Source: Owenia fusiformis
Lineage: Eukaryota
DNA length: 64,000 nucleotides
Reading direction: 5' to 3'
NCBI GenBank assembly: GCA_903813345.2
Contig: CAIIXF020000001.1
Span: 4,526,001-4,590,000 of the forward strand
Positions 27,001-40,200 of this stretch are shown here, one piece after another. Made by a program: the position numbers and the translations under genes. Below the pieces are notes generated by a model. That model was not told the origin of the DNA and searched no databases. It worked only from the letters and a program-made list of their open reading frames with translations. Position 1 is the stretch's first letter. The number at the start of each line of letters is the position of its first letter.

Positions 27001-29436
27001 CAAATAATGGAAGTGTTGTCACATATAGATAAGAAGAACCTACTACCACCTCTTCTGGTCATACAAACCTTGGCACATAATTCCACAGCTACCCTGGCTG
27101 TGGTGAAGGTACAATAAACTTAGATACTTAAGTACATGTGTTACTATTGTAATATAGAATCAACAAGATATAAGACATACTTACTATTTTGAAGTACCCC
27201 ACAATCCTCTGAACACAAAGAACCTAAGTCTAAATTGAAATGTGTACATCTGAGCTGATATAATATTCAGATGTTTGATTGTCATACCACAAAATTCTTC
27301 AAATTCATAATAATAGGTTGAGCATAAACTCTTTTACCGTTGATATTATATTTCAGGACTATATCATCCGACGACTCCAAGTAGAGAGCGATCAGATAGC
27401 TGAGGATGAGAGACTTATCAAACAGTATAAGGAAGAGACAGAAAAGACTCGTAAACAGATTGAGGAGCTAAAAACAAGGTGAGAAAAAAATTTTGGTCAA
27501 ATAAATTTTCACTTAAAAGTTATTATAAAGTGTTTGCTTTAAGTTATGTTTTTTGTGTAAGGCCTGTTTATACTTGTACAAGTTTTAAGTGCATCAAATT
27601 TAATGCCAGTTATAACTCAACCTGACATGACACAAATCCTTTACACCTCTTGTATCTCTACCCAAATCAATTGGATACCTGAATTGAAAGTGTACAACTG
27701 TATATTTAGACTGTATAATTACATTTCAGTGCAAAGATATTCCAAGTGTCAAAGTGCAGTGTATGTAACCATCCATTGGAGCTGCCCTCAGTTCATTTCC
27801 TCTGTCAGCATTCCTATAAGGTTTCATTGTAGGGTTGTAGTATATGTTAGACTGTATAATTACATTTCAGTGCAAAGATATTCCAAGTGTCAAAGTGCAG
27901 TGTATGTAACCATCCATTGGAGCTGCCCTCAGTTCATTTCCTCTGTCAGCATTCCTATAAGGTTTCATTGTAGGGTTGTAGTATATGTTAGACTGTATAA
28001 TTACATTTCAGTGCAAAGATATTCCAAGTGTCAAAGTGCAGTGTGTGCAACCATCCATTGGAGCTGCCCTCAGTTCATTTCCTCTGTCAGCATTCCTACC
28101 ACCAACAGTAAGTCATTCCAAAATAAAGAAATAATCACTCTTTCAGATTCTGAAGTTTATTCCACCTATTATATTCATTCTATGGCATTGACTTCCTTTT
28201 TGCATTAGAATTTTATATGTTAATAACGTGAATAATCACTGATTCAAAATTTGATGCTGACTTTAGTACAAAAGTTGGCATCATTGTTTCATCATTATAG
28301 TCTCTTAGGATAACTATAAGGAGTCTGACAAATGACATGTTTTTTTTTCTATTTTTCAGTTGTTTTGAAAGTTATGCTGAGAATGACTCTGAATGTCCTG
28401 CATGTATGCCAGAGAATAGGTAGGTTGTTTGTTTGTTTGTTGTTTGTTTGAGTATTGTTTGTTTGATCAGCTGGTTACTTTTTTGTGGCATGGTAGATAG
28501 CTTTCTCAACTTTCTCAACCAATAATTGCCACAAATGTTCAAAATAATCAATCAATTTTAACCTATTAACCCTTAGTTCATGTATATCGACATTAAACTT
28601 TCATCTCCATGTACATGTTCATGATTTTATTGCAGAAAATTACTAGACATAATCCGTGCTCAGGAGCAGAGTAAAGACCTCCATGAACAGTTCCATCATC
28701 AGTTAGAGCGTGCCTCGGATGGTTTCTCTGTTGTGGCTGACTACTTTGGTAGAGGAGTCTTCAATAAGGTTAGGATCATGTCTAGTCTTGCTTCAAGACC
28801 GTTGGCCTGGGTCTCTATCTAAACAACACAGTTGTAAGAGTAGATAGTCCTGGGTTAAGCGAGATTAAATCATGTCCAGATGTGTCTTTGCATTATTTAA
28901 TTCCAAAAGCCCCAAAATTGGATATTTTAATTGTATTGCAGCTTCCAACTTAGTGTTACCCTGATGAAAAATAGTTTAGCTTAATTTCTTATATTTCTCA
29001 ATTATTTGTAGAATTTACTGTTCAAGTACAGTAAAACCTGTATATCTGAATACTCTTGTGGCTTTCTTGTAATCTGAACTTTTCTCAATCTGAACATTTC
29101 CTTGGTTTCGTTGACTTACATACTAAGAACACTGAACACATCTTCTGGCCCCAATTTTGTTTTCTCTCACTGACTTACATACTAAGAAACCATCAAATGT
29201 GAACACCTGCTTATCTGAACACTTGGCTGGTCCCAGTAGTGCTCAAATTAGACAGGTTTTACTGGACATATGATTCATGTGTATCATAAATTGGTATTTT
29301 TTCTTGAATGTACTTCCAGGTGACACTTATTACTGACCCACCTGGTAAGGGCAGGACGTCTGAGAGTCTCATAGACAATAGTTTACAGAGAGATCTACTA
29401 TTAGCGCAACAATCTTTGAATCCGTTTGATGAATAA
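12024..29436 (+). CDS. VPS11: Vacuolar protein sorting-associated protein 11 (HOPS/CORVET core), 26 exons, ~936 aa
   Basis: Starts [15 protein letters not shown]; clathrin-repeat region [52 protein letters not shown]-terminal [31 protein letters not shown]...[22 protein letters not shown]. Exons: 12024-12038, 12387-12461, 12868-13041, 13364-13414, 13647-13715, 14130-14227, 14431-14668, 14995-15128, 15288-15429, 15679-15758, 16053-16206, 16639-16785, 18046-18237, 18579-18684, 19822-19851, 20676-20776, 20993-21076, 21384-21434, 21629-21717, 26050-26124, 26931-27108, 27357-27478, 28012-28107, 28360-28419, 28636-28768, 29320-29436; all phases consistent. Confidence 0.97.
16883..17828 (+). mobile_element. 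Non-autonomous Helentron-type (HINE/DINE-like) element
   Basis: 5' GGCTCACACAGTGAGCC palindrome, (GTCC)n-like tract, 3' subterminal inverted copy CACTGTGTGAGC followed by a short hairpin AGGACCGTGGCTCCT; T-rich flanks. Confidence 0.7.
22035..23485 (-). CDS. Nested antisense gene: 81-aa secreted cysteine-rich prepropeptide (half-VWC-like Cys pattern)
   Basis: Exons 23431-23485, 22756-22884, 22035-22096 with GT-AG phase-1 introns give [89 protein letters not shown] at 23598-23605(-); AATAAA near 21930(-). Confidence 0.8.
24003..25530 (+). mobile_element. Non-autonomous Helentron-type (HINE-like) element
   Basis: 5' AGACTCCAGATGAAATCTGGAGTCT palindrome, (TTCTTA)n tract, internal duplicated block and (ATCC)n, 3' ATCTGGAGTCT plus hairpin GAAATTGAACTTGTTCAATTTC. 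Confidence 0.75.
25775..25895. repeat. 40-bp tandem repeat x3
   Basis: GAAAAGCCCTCCATCCGTCCATCCATTTGTGTGTCCGTCC repeated three times. Confidence 0.9.
26607..26777. repeat. (AACT)n(AACC)n microsatellite
   Basis: Directly visible. Confidence 0.98.
27706..28098 (+). repeat. 141-bp tandem triplication of the VPS11 RING exon acceptor and most of the exon
   Basis: Identical ttacatttcag|TGCAAAGATATTCC starts at 27730, 27871 and 28012; only the third copy reaches a GTAAGT donor. Confidence 0.95.
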
Positions 29437-31134
29437 ACTAAGTAAACATGACATTATATGATGGAATCCTGTGATGGAATATACCTACATGTTATTTTGC
29501 CAAAATTATCAACTGGCCTAGTATAAAAATGGCTGTCTCCAGGTCTCTGAGCTATAGTGAAAATATACAAGTCAGTGTACTATACATGTACCTACAGCTG
29601 TACTAAACAAAGTAAGAGTACAACTAATCCCTTGTAAATTGTACATGTACAATTGTATATTGTTATCTACCCTTGACACAGTAAGCATTTTTAGTAAAAT
29701 AATTTCTAACATGCAGATTTATTTAGAGCAAATCACTTGTGGACCATGCATCCATGCATGTCGGGTTTAGTTTTCTAGCAGCATGTTTCTTATAAGGAAA
29801 GCTGTCAAAGTACTGAAGCTTTAACGGAAAAATAAGTACATGTAATTTAGTTTTCTCCTACCCATTTTAAACTTAATTGCAGTGTTGCATTTGAAAAAGT
29901 GCTTCATAGTGATACAATGCACAATATCTGTCAAATTATTATCTTATTTCAACGAAAAGTTACAGTTTTGGCTCATATGCTGAGCCTATAGAATCACCCT
30001 CTTGTCAGTGCTGTCTGTCTTTCTGTTTGTCAACTCTTGACTGAGAACTTGACTGAGAACTGTAAAACACGAATGCTTCCTTTTTTCACCTCGTAAGATT
30101 GGTTTAAGCATGGGCTTTTAATTAGAGAGCCCATGGTTCAAGTTCACTAGTACATGTAGTATAACCCTTTATAGTAGAGGTCCACTGTTCTTTAAGTTAC
30201 AGTGATTATCCATATTACTGTACTAGCGTATTTTGGTCTGACTGTTGTTTGTCACTGTTGAACAATTACATTAATGTGCAATTTAAAGCTGAAAGTATGT
30301 GAGTACAATATGTATGTAAAATGATATGCTGTAGATGTAAAATAAATTATAATATTTATTTATAAATTATTGTTTATTTGCTATATTGTACAATAAGTTA
30401 TCTTTTGAAAGTGTGCTTATTTTTTAATCAAATCATTGAATAGCCTACATAACAAAATTCCAAGCACTTTTTAATGTGTCAATTAGCCTGATGGAGTGAA
30501 GCCTAGTAATGATGACATCATTGGTCGAGGTTCATTTGGTCATATTATACGAAGGAGGTCAAAGATGAAATAGTTTGAATTGGATCTTTGCTTCAAGATT
30601 TTAATAGCATCTCACCTGATCGTGTCACTGTAGGCTAAAGAGTTTAAATAAATTGAATTGTGGAAAATAGATGGCATCATGAGTGTTGGTAGGGCTATTA
30701 TATATTGGAATGTATTCGGAAGAGCCACTAATTTCATGATCTAACAACTAATTCCATCCTTGCCATCCATGCATGTTTGAATGTAGCCCAGGGTACAGTG
30801 ATGTCATGTTACCATTGCAACCATAACTCAAACAGATTTTTGTGGATATTCCTGAAACTGCAGTCAATGCATATAAACAAACTGTAACACTTATAAAAGC
30901 ATGAACTCTTGTTTATGTCCGTCCTTAAATTATAAAAGTGCATTCTAACTACATGTATACTTAGTATGAAAATTTTATAATATGATGATCAGTGCAGCTG
31001 ATGAAAGGGCAGTTTTGGACACTCTGTAATTTCTAGGTATTCTAGAATGCTGCATTATTTCTAAAATAGCATAGAATTTCATAGTCAAATAATAACCTAG
31101 AACAAAATGTTGTACGGTTCATTTGTTTTTTAAA

Positions 31135-31180
31135 TTTCGCGCCAGAATTATTGAACCGGGAAATGACCGGAAATGACACT
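31135..31180 (+). promoter_or_regulatory. Probable housekeeping-type promoter motifs for AIG1 exon 1a
   Basis: TTTCGCGCC (E2F-like) and CCGGGAAAT/CCGGAAAT (ETS-like) just upstream of ATG 31216. Confidence 0.45.
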
Positions 31181-31215
31181 GAACGAAATGCAATGTGAAA
31201 ATCAGAAAATTCAAA

Positions 31216-34200
31216 ATGGAAATATTAGTTTTTCTCGTCTACTTTGCCATTATGCTTGTATACCTGGTGGGAATGTACGGCTATCTCATCCTTATTGATA
31301 TGCCAGGAAGTAAGACATACGGTGGGCCGTGGAAATTCCTCACTTTCTTAGACTTGGTAAGAATACTAAGATATTCAATATTTTTCAAATAATTTTTCAA
31401 AACAGAAAACAAAATCATTTTGAAAATGTCATGAAAATATGCACAGACTGAGGGAAAAGAAGTTGTAAAGTAGTAAACAGAATTATAAAAGATCACAATT
31501 ATGGTGGTGCCCAGGCCCAGTATCAAGTGATTGTCGCACAAATGTCCCACCTCTAACCGAGACAGCCATGATTGCGGAATGTTTTCTGGCACAACCTTGG
31601 TGATTCTTGTGCAGGAGTCTGCTGTAACTATGGAACATTGTCATATTGTTTTATTTCGTGTAGTGCTTATTTTCTGGCACAATACCCGGGTAGTATCAAT
31701 GCCCAGATTTCACACAGTTTAAAACCATACTCGCCAGTGTCCATACTATTAGGCTAGATTGTCAATGTAATTACTGCAGATAGTACAGCTATACTAGTAT
31801 TTTGTATACTAGTATAGTATGTTATTTTGTCCGTTTTATCCATTTTGATTTCATATTCAGTTTTCTGAAGTTTTCATTTTTTATGACATTTTTTTGCTGG
31901 TATTTAGCATTGCCACGGTTGTGCAAGACTTTCTGTTGTTATTTAGCGTTGTCACTGTCGTGCCAGACTTTTTACTTGCATTTTGCATTGTCACAGTTGT
32001 TCCAGACTTTGTGGTTGTATTTAGCATTATCAGGGTAATACCTGACCTTGAATTGCAAAAAGTATGACACAACCCACATAGCTAAATACAGCCACAAAGT
32101 CTGGTACAACCGTGACAATGCTAAATAGAAACACAAAATATGGTACAACCGTGACAATGCTAAATACAACCACAAAGTCAGGTCTGTGACAATGCTAATT
32201 ATGAGCAAAAGTCTGGTACGACCATGACAATGCTATATACTAGCAAAATCTTTAGCGAAATGTGAGCTCAAACTCCTGACAAATGCATCATGCATATGCT
32301 GTTATGAAGCCTTGGAGACACTCATTTTGGTAATTTGATACGATTTACGTGGTACAGTTGTCTGTCTGTCTGCAGTTTAAGAGAGTGGGACATTAGTGTT
32401 AAAATTCAAGAAAATATGCCAAATGTATGACTTATCAACTATCTTAGGTTAACTCTTCTGTAGTTTACATAAGGATACAAGATATTTGCAATAAGTCAAT
32501 AAACTTTGTAGGTGTGTAAATGCAATGTGAATTATCAAAGTCCCTCTTTATCTAATGCGTGAGAGTTTTATGTGCATATTCTAATAGACAGCGAAGGCTG
32601 TGGATCCCACAATAACGAATATAAGGAGAGACTTCAAAAAGCTTCCATAACCCAACAAAAAAGAGTCCAAAAATGTGCTAAATGAATTTAGTTTTTTTAC
32701 CATTAACTACTCTCAGCCCCAGCATATGATCGATTTTTGAAGGCAACAAAATTAATAGTTCAATGAAAAAATGTAGTCTGCTGTAAATAGTGTACAGTGT
32801 TTTTATACTTACTATATAAATATAAATATTATTTGATTTTTAATTGAACCAGTGTTGACCGAGTTTATTGATATATTGTTATTGGAAGCTTCTGACAACA
32901 CTGGTTCAATTAAAAATCAAATAACCACAGTCTGATACTGGTTTCATTTGAGAGTTAGTCATTTAGTCCTTCATTTATTATCAAGTAAAGGGTGAGACAA
33001 AAATTGCCACCCACTAATTTTGGTACAACTTTTGTAATTTTTTAAGATAGAGTTTTCAATGGAGAAAATATTTTTGTAGTTGAATAGCATTAGCCCCAGC
33101 AACTTTGAGCAACTTTGAGATTTGGAGATATCACATTTTCCATTCAGGCATGCTCTCAGTGAAATCATCAAAAAATGTTCTAAAATACAATTTTCTGAAA
33201 TAAATTGGGATTTTTGTCTTCACCATTATTTAAGTTATTTCTGGGTTGCTATCACTACCTTACACATATATTATCAATAATATGTCATATCTACCCATTC
33301 GTCTGAAATTTTTTTTCAAATTTGATTAGCTGACTCACTTATTAGGTACATTTTAATATTTTCTAATTTATAGTTTTGGGTGATTTTGTGTCAGAGCATG
33401 CTTCCATGGGAAAGGAGATTATCTCTTAATTTCCAAGTTGTTGATGATATGCAAGCTTACCAATATTTTATCCATTGAACAATCTAATCAATCTTGATTA
33501 TTGAGAGTTATTTTGAAATTAGTGGGTGCCATTTTTTGTGTCACCCAGTACTCTATACTATTTATAGAACAACAATACCTGGGAATGTTCCATTTCTAAT
33601 AAATACACATAGACTTTGAGTTTGTCAACATGATTCTATGGGATTAACATTGAACAATACAGGCTTGTACTGGCCTCTTTTATACAGTTATAGACTGACT
33701 GTATAGAGCTATTAGTGCCTCACAAGAGAACAGGCATTCACCTGGTTACAGAAGCAAGAATTTACTTCATGTAGTAGGAGTGACAATTGGAGAATTATTG
33801 ATTTGCAATATTCTGCATTACATATGATATTATCGCGACCTGTAGACTTATATAAATGATTTCATATTGTGATATGTGACAGCTGCCTATTAGCGTACAG
33901 GGGATACCACACCAATATTAGTGTCTTTCATTTCATTTTCTTATCAATCAATATTGGCTAGAGGATTTAATATACTATTTATCAGGTGCGCTCACATAAC
34001 TGGACATTAGTAAAACTGATAACTCGTGAGTGCTATAAGGTCTATACTGCAAAGGGAACAGAATTAACTCAAAGATAAGGGTCGCTAACTTCCTAGAATA
34101 GTAGTACTAACCAATGGTATATTTCAACATTAGAATAGACTTCCTTATTCTGGATTAATCATAGTCACAAGCCACAGTACAGTGTAGGTGTATATCTCAT

Positions 34201-37200
34201 TTCACAGAGCACTAGAGATTTTAAGTATAGAGAAGTGAATTGGGAGACAACATGGGGTCTACAAAAACAGGGGACTCAAATGGAATATTAGGCAAATTCT
34301 TCCATCTTGCAGCAGCAATGTATTATATTGGTTCGTTCCAGTACCATTTTCGGCATATTCGCATGCCTTATCAGGAAGAGTGGACACTTTTAGAAAGATT
34401 TGGAGCTAAACTGTCATATTTGACAATCTGGAATTTTGTAAGTGCATGTATGTTAAACTCTGTTATTTTAAAGGCAGAGATGTAATTAATCATTAAAGGC
34501 CCCATGTAAAGTTTAAACCACTTTGGCTTATATTGTAGTCTTACCCAATGTTATCAAAGTGTGATATGTGAAACTTTTTTTTTAAATTTCAAAAAGTGGT
34601 TTTTGATAGACTTTTTGTTCCAAAATTTGTGAATTTATTTAAAACCAACTTTTAGAGATCACTCATATCTTCTAATTAGCCAAAATTCATACCAATGCAT
34701 AGCATTCATCCTCCCATGTTTTTTGCCGAAAAAATTAAGAAAATCGGTTGATAAACAAGCGAGAAATGAACTTATCAGTGCATGAAAATGGTTCTGAGAA
34801 AAATGCATTTCAAAATTTTAGTTCTCATAGACACCAATGGTACAATGATATCTAAAACATAATTTATTCTTCTTTTTAACATTGTTAGACAATCAACATT
34901 GGTTTTTTATGAAAGTCTAGCATATTTAGAAAAGATTGACATCGAAAAAAAAATTTCAATTTTTTTCAAAAAGTTTTTGTTACCTTAGTGACATCACTAA
35001 TGTTTCAAAATATTTTTGATATGCTAAAACATTGAAGTGGCTCGTTAAATATGGAATTTTATTATTGAAATAGTGTGTCCTTTTTTCAATCTTTGCATTG
35101 GTGTTAAAAAGATAATCTTTTTTGAAATGCATTAAGAAATATTTGATGATTAAGAAATTTCAATTTTTTTTGAAATATGGCGGGAAATTTGAATATTTGA
35201 GAAATGAAATGCTCACAACTTTTTTTTCAAAAATTTTTTTTTGTTCAAAAATCTCTAAAATCACTTTTTAAGTCCTGACAAATAGGAAATGAATGATAAA
35301 AAAAAATTTCAAACTTGTGACGGGGACTTTAATCCTACTGCAATGCTTTATTGATGCCTGATTTCATTTCAATGCATATTGCTTCAGCAACATATATACG
35401 AGGGGGGATTCATAAGTAGTGGGACAAATGCTATAACTTCACTTATATCAACCAGATTTTATTCAAACTTGGGACACAGAACCACAAACATGTGATAATC
35501 ATTGTGTGAAAATTTCAAAAAGTTACACCCAACTTCAGTAAAGTGAGAGTTCCAATCATGACGTCACAACAGGGTTCACAGAGCACATTGTTTGTCACTA
35601 ATTGCAAGTTAATTATACAAGTCTCAACTGATATTCAGGACGTGATCTAATCTGTGACTTCTAGCGAGTCCTTTTGTGGAGCAAATCAATTTTGTGCAAG
35701 ACTATTGATTCCTTATCCTTCTGGTGCAATCTCACTCTTTCTCAAAGTATTCGCCATGGCAATCAATGCATTTTTGGCATCTCCTCAACCATCCTCAAAA
35801 CCATATTTTCCAAGATTGGTCATCTCGGCTCTCATAGCATATTCAGAATACATATAGAGAATACCACCTATATACTGTAGACTTTATACTTCTTCTTTCC
35901 CATAGACTTCCAACAAACCTCTATAGGTCTCTAATACTGAAAACTTCTTCAAAGCATTAAATTTAATCACAGCACGGATGTTTATACGTGATTCTTACTT
36001 TTTCATTGATATTTTAATCAAATTTTGCTCCATCCAAGAAGGGCTGAAAATGGCAGTGTCCTGGTGTCACTACTTTGTGTGACATCACAATAGCATGATG
36101 ATGTAATATATGTTACAATTGTCATGACTACAAGGGTTGAGACAATATGAAACCAAATATTTGAAAATACCTGTCATTTTGAGATATTTATGAGCATATT
36201 TATGTTGAACGAGCCCTTCATTTTTTAACTGCTCCGTTAACCCCTACTTTTGGTTACCATAGCAACCGTTGTTGCTAGGGAACAAAATGAATTAAATTGA
36301 AATTTCAGTAAACAATGCCTTATATCCTAGTCCATTCATGTGCCAAATTTGGTTGAGATATGTACACAGGGACTTGCTGCCTCAGAAAAGTCCCACTACT
36401 TATGAATCCCCCCTCGTACAATCTATTGACAAGAAACGGTACAAGTTAGCAGAAAATGGGACTATTTGGTTGTTTTGATGGTTTCATTTTTATCAGAACC
36501 TTCTTTGGAAATTTAATGAAAAATTGAAATGAAATGAACTTTGATGAAAAATGACAAATTTAAAAAGAGAATGTTGCTACAAAAAATTATTGCATTAGAA
36601 ATATTATTCAAATGGATTCTTGTTTATGTTTTCAGTGTTTTCAAACTTTCTACTACAGCTTGTGTGTCATAAATCACATGACAGGGGGCACCTCAGGACC
36701 TGGGGACAAAAGGTCAAGGTCATCTCTGCAGAAGTTCAGGGACCTCTTCCATGCATGTGTAGCATACCCAATGGGCACGGTATGTGAAATCATAGATTTA
36801 GCCAATTATAATTAAAGTAATGCAAAACCCATTGAAGTAAATGCTATTATACCTACTTAAAGTGCATAAATACTTTTAAATATTTAATTTGTATATTTGT
36901 AAATGAAACAGAATTAATTTGTACTGTTTGTATTGATTTGTGAAGTCCATAGAGCTTTTCCTCTTTATTTGTTTTTATGTTTATGTTACAGTTAATTACA
37001 AAAGTTTGTTGAAACTAGGAACTAATTAATCCAGGTGTACATACAATTTATATCTACAGGGTGGTCCAAAAAGTGAACCCCTCAAACAGGCTATATTTTC
37101 CTTAATACTTGCATGAATTGACTCATATTATCACATTTATTCTCAGTCTTAAATTTTGAAGAAATTACAAGAGTTTTACTAGTCATATAAATCCGACTGT

Positions 37201-40200
37201 TTTATGCTGTTCTTCGATATTCCTTGTCCTTATTTGGATATTTATTTTTCATCATTTTCTTTGCATACACAGTCGTAGATATAATATGGAACAAATTGCG
37301 GTAAACGCTTTCCTGGCCTGTCTGGGTAACCATAGTTACCATACTAACCAAAGTTACACAAATTATCGAGTAATTATTTAGCTCCAACATCAAAGTGTTA
37401 AATCTTACCTTAGACATGTAAAACGCTTGATAATTGACGAAATATAATCAATTGAATTATATTTTCATTATCGCCCGCCATGTTGCTAAATGTTGTTTCC
37501 GGTAGTCTAAATGTAAAACAGGTAACGAAACGGAATCATAATTATTTATTACACAGAGATCGATTCCAAAGCCGTTCTCTCATACTTATCACTTTTCTTA
37601 TTTGAAACAATAACTTTTCTAAATAACTTCCGTTCTTAATGACACTGCTTCCCATTCAACTGAATCTTCGTGTAACAAATACTTATGATTTCGTTTGATA
37701 TAGTTTTACATCTAGACTCAGATTAACCTGGAAGTGACCTTGATATGGCAAAATGAAAAAATTAAAAAATTCAAGCGGCATGCTTATGTTTCTTCAATTA
37801 CCAAGCGTTTTACGTGCCTAAGGTAAGATTAAATACTTTATAGTTGAAGCAAAGAAATTTATTTATCATTTGTGTGAATTTGGTTGGGTAGACAGGCCAG
37901 GAAAGCATTTCCCGCAATATAGATGAGGCAAGTGTGTATGACGCTCGTATGCAAGAAAATAAGAAAAAATAAATATCCAAATAAGAAAAAATAACAACAA
38001 ATAACATCATACGAGGGTCAGATTTATATGACTAGAGTTTTACAAACATGCCTGAAAATTAGATATTGTGCAAAACACATTGGATGATCTTAAACAGTTT
38101 TCAGTTAGAGACTAAGAGTTTAAAACTCTACCATATGACAAAGGGGACACTGTTTAAGCAGAAAACACATTTCACACTTTCATTGATCATTTTGAGACAG
38201 TTTTAACTGTTCAACAGTTCAGGGGTATGTTACCTACACCAACAGTTAGAGGGCCTCTTGTGGAAGGAAGTTGCCCTCTGTGACCAGGAATCTGAGAAGC
38301 CCTTCATCAAATATCTTTAAAAAATCAAAAGAAAATCCAATATTCAATGTTTTGAGCCATATTTCATTAGAATTAGTCCATGATTTTTGAAGATATTGAC
38401 ATTTCAAGATCATATAGGTGTATGTTCGCGATTTCACTGGAAACTGTTTTCGTATATGGAAGCTTATAGAACATTTCTTTGGATCATAATAGATTTGCAA
38501 CGAACAAAGGAATGATGCTAGTTTTAAGCCATAATGTGCGGGATTCAAAATTTAACAAAGTCAGAAATATTAGTTCTTTAAGACTGCAGCTTTAAAAATG
38601 TCAGGGGAAGGGTGTTGAAGGGTTGAAGTATCGTGGATTTTGAAAATCACATTTTATCTATTTTCAGTAATAATTTCTGCAAATTTCAAGATTAAGAAAA
38701 ATGACTGGTACCAATACATATTTTAGACCTTCCTCTACAACATGTGAAAATAAAGAAGAATTCCTGCAAGTAATAAGGGAAATATGGCCTGTTGCAGGGG
38801 TTCACTTTTTTGGACCACCCTATAAGTATTGGAAGTTACATATATGGTATTGTAATATAACTGGAATGACACGTTGGAAAAAAATGAATGATACAATTTT
38901 CAGTATTTCTTCAAGCTAAATGAACATCTAAGCCCTTCCTGAACCAAAATATTACTTTCAGTTTGTAGTATTTTCATTTTGGGGCATATATGCTGTAGAC
39001 AGGGAGCTAGTATACCCCAAAGCCTTGGATGACATCATCCCAGCTTGGCTTTGCCATGTCACGGTAGGTTTGCAGGATATGATATCCTGTCCCTCAAAAT
39101 ACACAATCACTGATGTAGATAACACTACACTGGTGACTGGAGCTTTTAAATACTTGTTAAAGGATGCAGACCTGTTCATTAAGCATCATCCAAAGGTTTC
39201 CATGAGTTCCCCACATGGAGATGGTCAGGAAATTTGACACATAGAATTTTCCCAGGAGGTGGGATATTGACATAGTACTTCATCCAGGAAATAAGGATTT
39301 TGAAATGCGTATTCCCAGGAATCAGAATTTTGACTATATTTGACCAGCTATTATTGCTCCCAGGGCTGGGATATTGACTCGCTATGTTGCTCCCAGAGTA
39401 GGTACTTTGACAGCCCAATTTTTATTTTGTCAAAGATCCCAAACCCTTTCTGCACGGGGCCTCATTCAAACCTTTGAGTCGTGCAGTTCACATTATTCTA
39501 GCATAAGGCCTAAGCTAGTGAATTTGATGTTAACCCTTTGGATCAAGTGAAATAGGCATGCTTTGAGTACTTTTTTGATTGTATGCCTTTATGAATATGA
39601 ACTGAATTGGTCTGCTCCTTCACATTCTATACATGTATAAGATGCATACATTGGAATGATGACACGCTTTGACTGATGATATATCACTATTAAGTATATT
39701 CAAAAATGTACATTGATGCAAAATATTGAACTCTCTAAAGTATGGTACAATCACAAAAACTTGATATCAATGGTATGAGTGTCTCAACAGTAGGGACCAT
39801 CATATATCAATTATATGAGGGAGCTGAGTTAGTCTGAAAAAGTCATCAATTCTGTGTATTTGAAATCTACTAATTCAAATTTTCAATTTTTAGTTTTGAT
39901 GTTTGTGGCATTGGTTATATATTCAATGGATAAACTCCTTACAATGAATCCATTGGATATATTAACCAACAAGAATGCAGAGACATTACAGTATTACAGT
40001 GTTATGCAACTACTAATACAGCTATATAGCATATTGATTTGTACATCCTTAAAAAGTCATTAAAATACAAAAGTATAAATCAGTATTGCTCTCCCTTTCT
40101 TTAGGCCTAGTCACTTTTTACTATGCCCTATTTCCCCTTCTTTTAGATATACACTTGCATCTTCCCTTCCTCTCTCAAAGTTCCGAATTAATGTTTTCTA

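Noticed and set aside
27603-28208. 201-aa ORF with three repeats
   Set aside because: Off-frame reading of the 141-bp triplicated VPS11 exon.
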